From NCBI GenBank assembly GCA_964353925.1, contig CAYGWV010000048.1, positions 1-42,655 on the forward strand: a DNA stretch of 42,655 nt, read 5' to 3'. This document shows positions 36,543 through 42,655 of this stretch, piece after piece (within the stretch, counting starts at the first letter, position 1; each line of letters begins with the position of its first letter). Origin of the DNA: an uncultured Syntrophaceae bacterium (GTDB lineage: Bacteria; Desulfobacterota; BSN033; UBA1163). The translations under genes were made by a program, and so were the position numbers. The notes below the pieces were generated by a model. It was not told where the DNA came from. It ran no database searches and saw only the letters and a program-made list of their open reading frames with translations.

Positions 36543-37153
36543 GAGAATTGATTCCCCCTTTTCGCAGAATTTTGGACGAAAGTCAAATTTACCCCCCTTC
36601 CCTCAATTAGTTAAAGGAGACCGTTTTACCTTGAGGATTTTTTAAGGTCCCCCCCATTTGCTTAAAAACCATAAAGAGTAGACAGAATTAAGATCGAGGC
36701 GGATGGTACTTTGAATCTTGTGAAAGATACCACAAAGAAATATTTTGTCAAGGAGAAAGTGACATAAATTTAAATAACTATAGTTTAAGCTTTTTATTAC
36801 CAATTATAACTAATTACTACTTATTACTACAGTATTACGCCACTCCCAGGAAAGGAGGTTCCTTGGGATGGGTTGCGACCCGTTTCACTATGAAGCCTTC
36901 TACAATAAAAATCCATTGACAAACCAGTGAATGGTGAAAATCAACCAACAGATTATTTCGACGATCCAATTTGTCGCACGCATTTCGGATGACGCAATCA
37001 AATATCCAAGAGGAATAGAGTTTAGTCGAATCCAAAAAACCTAATTTATTCCCTTCGCTCACTTCACAGCGCTATTCTTGGCTATCGTTATCTACCCGGT
37101 CCGTTCCGTATGGACTGGAGGTTCCTCATAGAGAGCCTATTCATGGATACAAA

Positions 37154-37645
37154 TTACTCATTTAAATTGAGGTTATTAATAATAGCGCTGACGACGAATT
37201 TGGGAGCTGCGGAGATGTCCACGGTTAAACCGTCCGTCGGTTCTTCGAGAGTATCTAACTGGCTTCTTAACAGATTCTTATCCATATAAAGATGTTGACG
37301 CTCTTCAATCCGTTTGCGCAGCAATTCATATGAGCCTTTTAGATAGACCGTCCTCACGGTGTTCTGGTCCACGCCCAAGATATCCCGGTAAGCCTGTTTC
37401 AGGGCTGAACAAGCCAGTATCGTGTTCTCTTTATCTTTCAACCAGCGTTGTATGTTCACATGCAAATTTTCCAACCAGAGTTTGCGGTCTTCATCGGTTA
37501 AGGCAATTCCAGCCCGCATCTTTTCAACATTTTTTTCCGGGTGAAAGTCATCCCCATCATAAAAAGACCCGCCGAGCTTCTCAGCGAGTATTTTCCCGAT
37601 GGTTGTCTTGCCACAACCCATCGGCCCCATCAGTATGATTACCAT
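37154..37645 (-). CDS. gntK: gluconokinase (GntK-type P-loop kinase)
   Basis: MGPMGCGKTTIG and DGDDFHP motifs in 163 aa. Confidence 0.8.
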   Translation of the reverse strand: MVIILMGPMGCGKTTIGKILAEKLGGSFYDGDDFHPEKNVEKMRAGIALTDEDRKLWLENLHVNIQRWLKDKENTILACSALKQAYRDILGVDQNTVRTVYLKGSYELLRKRIEERQHLYMDKNLLRSQLDTLEEPTDGLTVDISAAPKFVVSAIINNLNLNE

Positions 37646-37779
37646 AACTTCCTTTCCACAACTGATTCAGTACTGAGACCCACTCCCATCCTGACAAGTC
37701 GGGATGGCTTAAGGGTTCGAGGATTCAAGGGGTCAAGGGTTCGAGCGAATCCTTTCTATTCTTTCCGGAACTTGAATTC

Positions 37780-39024
37780 TTATTCCAGGCGGTAAAGAAT
37801 CTCACCAGCGTGGTCCACATAGAGGATGCCCTCATCCTCCTTCCCCATGTAATCAGCAATCTTGATCTCAGCCGGATCCATATAGCCCAAGTTGATCTGC
37901 TCGCATTTCTCTCTAGGAATTGAAGTAGCCAGTACAACTTGAATGCGGGGTTTTTCAATGCCGTTTTGGTAGATGCCGGTCCCGCACACATGGGTGGAAT
38001 GGGCGAGAACGCCTCTCGGAACATCTTTGAAACTCTCCATCTGAAACAAGAAGTAGTCCCGCACGTGGTATCCTATTTTTTCAATATAATCTCCCCAGGT
38101 ACTGGAAATCCTGTCAATATGCGGAGCATAGATGATGAGTTTACCATTGTCGGCAACCACCTGTTCCAGTTTGTACATCACTTTTCCGCCTGTCCAGATC
38201 TCGTCATACATTTCGGGCGCCCGGCCCAATACGGTCCGATAGGGTTTCTCTTTGACCACAATGTGAACTTTCGAGGACAAATCCGCAGCCGCAGACCATG
38301 CTTCTTTTACGTCGCCGGCAAATAAACCGTACAGTCCGGCACCTGGCTTGACCACCATGGCCAAACAATGAACGGGTCGGTTGATTTTTTCCATGGCCTT
38401 ATTAATCACCTGCCGGACCGGAGTATCTTTCTTCCCGATGATCTCTCTGCAGGTCATCACAGCGGCCAGCCAGTGAAAAAAATGCAGTAACTCGCCGCCA
38501 GAAATGCCTGGGAACAAGTATTTCGCACCTCCGGAAAATCCAACGACTTCATGAGGGAAAACGGGACCCAGAATGAGGATCAGGTCATAGTCATATATCT
38601 TTCTGTTAATGTCGATCGATACCTTTTCTTTTAAAAGTCCACCGGAAATCCTTTCAACCTCTTCCTCGGACAGATGTCCAATTTGGAGAAAGGTTTCCGG
38701 CAAATCCCAGCGGTGGCAAAACAATTTGGATCGACCAAACTTCTCCTTCCGGGATGGATGGGTTATCCCATAAAGTTCTAGAATCTTTTCTTCAGACAAG
38801 GGGGGATGGGATCCTACGGCTACCATGAAATCCAATTTCGCAGCCCGTTCCCCAATCACCTCACGGACAGCACGAGCCATCATCGGCAGAGGGCAGGTCC
38901 TTGTCGCATCAGGGGTTAGGACCAGGACACGCTTTTTTTCATACAGGGTCGCGGGTGTTCCGGCTTCGATAATCTCTTTAGCCTTCTCTTCTGAAATGGA
39001 CACGGCGGAGCTTCCCTTTCTCAT
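37780..39024 (-). CDS. LarA-family nickel-pincer-dependent 2-hydroxyacid racemase/epimerase homologue
   Basis: ORF 37780..39141 trimmed to ATG 39024, 2 nt after the permease stop. LTPDATR, VGSHPP and HEVVGFSGGAKYLFPGI match the LarA catalytic His and cofactor-tethering Lys region. Confidence 0.8.
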   Translation of the reverse strand: MRKGSSAVSISEEKAKEIIEAGTPATLYEKKRVLVLTPDATRTCPLPMMARAVREVIGERAAKLDFMVAVGSHPPLSEEKILELYGITHPSRKEKFGRSKLFCHRWDLPETFLQIGHLSEEEVERISGGLLKEKVSIDINRKIYDYDLILILGPVFPHEVVGFSGGAKYLFPGISGGELLHFFHWLAAVMTCREIIGKKDTPVRQVINKAMEKINRPVHCLAMVVKPGAGLYGLFAGDVKEAWSAAADLSSKVHIVVKEKPYRTVLGRAPEMYDEIWTGGKVMYKLEQVVADNGKLIIYAPHIDRISSTWGDYIEKIGYHVRDYFLFQMESFKDVPRGVLAHSTHVCGTGIYQNGIEKPRIQVVLATSIPREKCEQINLGYMDPAEIKIADYMGKEDEGILYVDHAGEILYRLE

Positions 39025-39026
39025 GG

Positions 39027-39857
39027 TCAGTCTTTCAAAGCACCCATGGTCAGTCCCTGAACGATTGTTCTCCGCACGAAGAATGCAAACACGGAAACCG
39101 GCAGCACGATCAGGGTAGCCGCGGCGCCGATACCGGCCCAATCGATCTTTCCGTAGGAGATGAAGTTATATACTGCCACCGGCACGGTTTTAGTCCTCGG
39201 GCCGGAGAGGATCAGCGAGAAGAGAAACTGGTTCCATGAGAAGATGAAGGACAGTATCGCTGAAGTGGCGATGCCGTTTCGCACCAGGGGCAGCACGATC
39301 ATTAAAAAACTCTGCAGGCGGGAACACCCGTCGATCATGGCCGCGTCTTCGAGTTCCTCCGGCATCCCCTCGAAGAAGGAGATCATCAGCCAGATCACCA
39401 TGGGAAGGGTGATGATCAAGTGGGTGATGGTAAGTGCCGTGTAAGTGTCGATGAGCTTCAGGTGACGAAAGATGATGTACCAGGGCAGCAGGTAGCTCAC
39501 AAACGGCGTCATCCTGGCGACGAGGATAATGATTCCGATCTTTCCTTGCCGGTATTTGGCGATGGAATAAGCTGCCGGCAGCCCCAGTAGCAATGAAATA
39601 CCCGTGGCCAGGCCGGCGACGATGAGACTGTTCATCAGATATCTGAAGAAATTGTACTGTTGAAATACCGCCCTGAAGTTCTCTAGCGTGGGCCTAAAAA
39701 TGAACTCCGGGGGGTAGGAGATGTTTTGCACACCGGTCTTGAGCCCCGTCAGGATCATCCAGACGAATACGAACACCGGCGGTATACACAGGGCGATGGT
39801 CCCCGCATGAAAGAGGATCGATTTAAAGGTCTTCGTCATTCCAGTTCCAGTGATCAT
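39027..39857 (-). CDS. carbohydrate ABC transporter permease (MalG-like)
   Basis: Six hydrophobic segments and an EAA-type loop (EELEDAAMIDGCSRLQSFLMIVLP). Confidence 0.85.
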   Translation of the reverse strand: MITGTGMTKTFKSILFHAGTIALCIPPVFVFVWMILTGLKTGVQNISYPPEFIFRPTLENFRAVFQQYNFFRYLMNSLIVAGLATGISLLLGLPAAYSIAKYRQGKIGIIILVARMTPFVSYLLPWYIIFRHLKLIDTYTALTITHLIITLPMVIWLMISFFEGMPEELEDAAMIDGCSRLQSFLMIVLPLVRNGIATSAILSFIFSWNQFLFSLILSGPRTKTVPVAVYNFISYGKIDWAGIGAAATLIVLPVSVFAFFVRRTIVQGLTMGALKD

Positions 39858-39898
39858 CTCTGATGTATCAACGCTTATGATTGCAGGGCCTACTCCGG

Positions 39899-40792
39899 TT
39901 AGATATCTTGTGCCCTGAGCCGCATTCGGTTCATGACCACATTGAACGCCAGGACGATCAAAAAGACGACCACCATGAGGGCCGAGCCGTACCCGGCCTT
40001 GAAGAAGCTGAACCCGACATTGTAGGAATAGAGATAGAGCGTCTCGGACGAGATGCCCGGCCCGCCCTGGGTGATGGTGTAGATCATGTCAAACTCCTTG
40101 AGGTTGTCCAGAGAACGCAGCATCAATGCTGCAATCAGCACCGGCCGGATCAGGGGCAGGGTGATGTGCCAGAAGATCTGAAACGCGTTGGCCCCGTCGA
40201 TTCGCGCGGCCTCGTAGGGATCATGGGGCAGGGATTTGAGCCCCGCCAGCACGATGAGGGTGATCATGGGGGTCCACTTCCACACGTCGACCATCACCAG
40301 GGCCGGAATCACTGTCAGCGGGCTGCTGACCCACAGGCTTCCCGGAAGGCCGAGGCTTTGAAGCAAATAGTTCATGACCCCGATTTCAGGGTTGAGCATT
40401 ATCCGCCAGATCAATGCGACAGCCACCGGCGTGGCCGCAAACGGAAAAATATAAATCGCCTGAACGATCTCGCTGCCCTTGAATTCGCGGTTGAAATAAA
40501 CCGCGATGAGAAGTCCCAGCACCAGCTCGAGGGAAAGGCTCAGGCCGCTGAAATAGACCATCACCTTCACGCCGTTTAAAACGCGCTCATCCGAGATAAG
40601 TTCGATGAAGTTACCGAAGCCGATAAATCTCGGCTGCCCCAGCCCGATGGTCCACTTGGTAAAGGTAAGATAGAGGTTATACGCAATGGGAATGATGATG
40701 ATGAAAAACAGGGCAATCACCGCAGGCGCTGGGTAGACAAGAGCCTGGTGGCGATCCATGAACCGGCTGAGTGCGCTGGGGGGGGTCTTCAT
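39899..40792 (-). CDS. carbohydrate ABC transporter permease (MalF-like)
   Basis: EAA loop YEAARIDGANAFQIFWHITLP. The start is uncertain (40792, 40816 or 40759). Confidence 0.8.
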   Translation of the reverse strand: MKTPPSALSRFMDRHQALVYPAPAVIALFFIIIIPIAYNLYLTFTKWTIGLGQPRFIGFGNFIELISDERVLNGVKVMVYFSGLSLSLELVLGLLIAVYFNREFKGSEIVQAIYIFPFAATPVAVALIWRIMLNPEIGVMNYLLQSLGLPGSLWVSSPLTVIPALVMVDVWKWTPMITLIVLAGLKSLPHDPYEAARIDGANAFQIFWHITLPLIRPVLIAALMLRSLDNLKEFDMIYTITQGGPGISSETLYLYSYNVGFSFFKAGYGSALMVVVFLIVLAFNVVMNRMRLRAQDI

Positions 40793-41086
40793 GACGGTGG
40801 TTTTTATCCTGACCATGGGGTGCCGGGATCTATCCGCCAAGCGGAGGCAAACAGATGACCGTTTGAAAGCGATATCAGATACCGCCCATCCATTACGGGG
40901 CAAGGTCACTCTCAAAGTCTTATCATGCGGTCGTTCAGAAAGGTTTATGGGTAACCGACGATTTCGCTTTCATTGAAGTTCTGTAAGGGTATTGAACTCG
41001 TCAGCTCATCCATAAAAGGTACCCGCTATAAGGCTTCTCAAGTAACCTTGCCCAGTTCCTTGCTGATGATATATTCTACGGATGGA

Positions 41087-42391
41087 TTATCGCTCCATCT
41101 TCTTATCCATCAATTCGGCTGCTTTCTTAGCCGAGGCGGCCACATCCTTGCCTTCGATGGCGTCCACGATCACCTGGCCGGTGACATCTCGGATCTCGGG
41201 GACGTTGATAACGGGTGGGTTCCACTGGGGCTGACCGATCTCAAAAGACTTCATCGTGCTCGACGTCCAGTCCGGATGGTCGTCTTTGGATTTATATTCC
41301 TTGGAGTTCCACGCCGACGCCCTTCCTGCCGGCACCCCGGCCAGGAGTGCGCCTAGACAATTATTTTTGTTGGTGGCCCATTGGATGAATAGCCAGGCTG
41401 CCTTTTGCCGCTCAGGTGTGCTGGTTTTGCTGATAGAGAGACTCCAGTTGGAAACATGGGGCAACCTGCCCGCCGGGCCGGCCGGGATAACAGCATAGCC
41501 CACTTTCCCGGCAACCTTGGACTCCTTGGGGTTTTCATACAATGCCTTAAACACGTTAGCGTCGTAAATCATGGCCGCTTTGCCTTCCATGAACATGGAC
41601 GTGCTTTCGGCCCAGTGGAGCATGGCGCCGCCCTGGGGACCATAGTTTCTCAACAGGTCTCCGTAAAACTTAAAGGCTTCGATGTTCTGGGGCGAGGCGA
41701 AGTTCGACTTACCCTGGGCAGTGGTCCATGAACCACCGAAGCTGTACAGGAAGTCAACCCACTGGGACGTAGCCGCAGCTCCCTTTCCTCTCAAGGTAAT
41801 GCCAACCATCTTCTTGCCATCGACCTCCTTGCCGTAGAAAAACTTGGCCGTCTGTTCGAGTTCTTTCATCGTTTGAGGGACCTTTACCTTGAACTTTGTA
41901 AACAGATCCTTGCGATAGGCCAAGAGTGATGTCTCGGCATTGATCACGATGCCAATCAGCTTGCCCTCCACCGACGAGGCCTTTGCAAAACTGGGAAAGA
42001 AGTCCTTAAAATTCCAGTCTGCCTCGGTCAGGGCGGGGTCTGAGTTGTATCCATCCATGGGCTGCAGCCATCCCGCTTTCCAATAGTGGAGATCATCCTG
42101 ACCCGGCATAATCATGTACCCATCCACCTTGCCTCCGGCATTGAGTTCGATCGTCCGTTTGTTCCGATATTGATCCTCCGGAAAAGCTTCGATCGTCACT
42201 TTGATGCCGGTCAACTTTTCGAACTCGGGCACCTTTGGTTCTATAAACGTGGTAAAGGGATGCTTGTTCATCAGAAAACGGACCTCGGTGCCCTGGAGCT
42301 GCTTCCAGTTAACTGCTCCGAGGGCGATCGAGGAAAATGCCCCCACACAAATCAGAGTGACCAACGATAAACATACCATTCTTCTTTTCAT
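41087..42391 (-). CDS. extracellular solute-binding protein of a sugar ABC transporter
   Basis: 434 aa with signal peptide MKRRMVCLSLVTLICVGAFSSIALGA. First gene of the transporter set after the ATPase. Confidence 0.85.
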   Translation of the reverse strand: MKRRMVCLSLVTLICVGAFSSIALGAVNWKQLQGTEVRFLMNKHPFTTFIEPKVPEFEKLTGIKVTIEAFPEDQYRNKRTIELNAGGKVDGYMIMPGQDDLHYWKAGWLQPMDGYNSDPALTEADWNFKDFFPSFAKASSVEGKLIGIVINAETSLLAYRKDLFTKFKVKVPQTMKELEQTAKFFYGKEVDGKKMVGITLRGKGAAATSQWVDFLYSFGGSWTTAQGKSNFASPQNIEAFKFYGDLLRNYGPQGGAMLHWAESTSMFMEGKAAMIYDANVFKALYENPKESKVAGKVGYAVIPAGPAGRLPHVSNWSLSISKTSTPERQKAAWLFIQWATNKNNCLGALLAGVPAGRASAWNSKEYKSKDDHPDWTSSTMKSFEIGQPQWNPPVINVPEIRDVTGQVIVDAIEGKDVAASAKKAAELMDKKMER

Positions 42392-42463
42392 GTTCTGCCT
42401 CCTCTTTAAAAAGTTTTGAATTCCGTCGTCAGATCGATCGTCTGCCGAGATGAATCTTTCGAT

Positions 42464-42655
42464 TTACACAATGGTTTGCGACGTCTTCTTATCGAAAATA
42501 TGGGTTTTAGACATCTTGAGGTCCACGTCTAACGTTTGGCCTACGGTCCATGGCCGTTCCGGGGACTCCATTCGAGCGACGATGGCATGAGGTCCGCAGG
42601 TCAGATAAACAAAGGTTTCAGATCCAAGGGGTTCCACCACATCCGCTCGTGCCGT
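42464..42655 (-). CDS. ABC transporter ATP-binding protein, C-terminal regulatory domain only (truncated by window edge)
   Basis: My translation: ..ADVVEPLGSETFVYLTCGPHAIVARMESPERPWTVGQTLDVDLKMSKTHIFDKKTSQTIV*. This is typical of a MalK/UgpC-type C-terminus. Confidence 0.7.
   Translation of the reverse strand, partial: TARADVVEPLGSETFVYLTCGPHAIVARMESPERPWTVGQTLDVDLKMSKTHIFDKKTSQTIV

Noticed and set aside
36543-37153. Possible molybdenum-cofactor riboswitch or small gene (ORF 36835..37062) upstream of fdhA.
   Set aside because: I could not find the conserved Moco-motif core by eye, and the ORF lacks an RBS and recognisable features. A covariance-model scan would be needed before claiming anything.
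39881-40579. 232-aa plus-strand ORF rich in His, Asp, Gln and Gly.
   Set aside because: It is antisense to the MalF-like permease, which has a clear EAA loop and TM pattern. The composition is an artefact of reading hydrophobic codons backwards.
1-42655. Defence systems, prophage, transposons or toxin-antitoxin pairs.
   Set aside because: No nuclease, helicase, methylase, integrase, transposase or phage structural signatures were seen in any of the listed ORFs. The window is dominated by metabolic and housekeeping genes.

Overview
This 42.7-kb chromosomal window comes from a selenocysteine-using, probably anaerobic bacterium (the lifestyle is inferred from gene content). Coding density is high and most genes are recognisable.

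Plus strand, in order:
- etfB-etfA-fixC-fixX.
- A gene-poor 2.4-kb stretch holding small orphan ORFs.
- tadA.
- A rearranged tRNA-Ser locus: one 5' tRNA fragment, tRNA-Ser(CGA) with a 148-bp tandem repeat that re-copies its 3' end, and tRNA-Ser(GGA).
- SRP RNA, then dnaX-ybaB-recR.
- A four-subunit 2-oxoacid:ferredoxin oxidoreductase (gamma, delta, alpha, beta) directly followed by NuoE-like, NuoF-like and truncated NuoG-like genes.
- hsp20.

Minus strand:
- An OmpA-type lipoprotein pair, a YHS/TRASH protein, folK, tatA and tRNA-Sec.
- An operon of a metallophosphoesterase-like gene with an in-frame UGA, a B12-binding radical SAM gene, selA, rluD, pgeF and yggU.
- fdhE, fdhB and a Tat-exported selenocysteine fdhA.
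- gntK, a LarA homologue and a sugar ABC transporter.

lpdA (plus strand) and a decayed copy of the metallophosphoesterase-like gene (minus strand) lie between tRNA-Sec and this operon.

The best candidate for something new is the metallophosphoesterase-like gene. Its in-frame UGA creates a C-P-T-U motif, and the gene is translationally coupled to the radical SAM enzyme and to selA.

Other points worth a second look:
- The 2-oxoacid oxidoreductase plus NuoEFG-like gene string.
- The tRNA-Ser scars.
- An unassigned two-domain RNA-like structure at 22767-22880.
- Slippery A-runs in dnaX.
- Two distinct families of intergenic repeats.

I saw no CRISPR array, transposase, integrase or recognisable defence genes.
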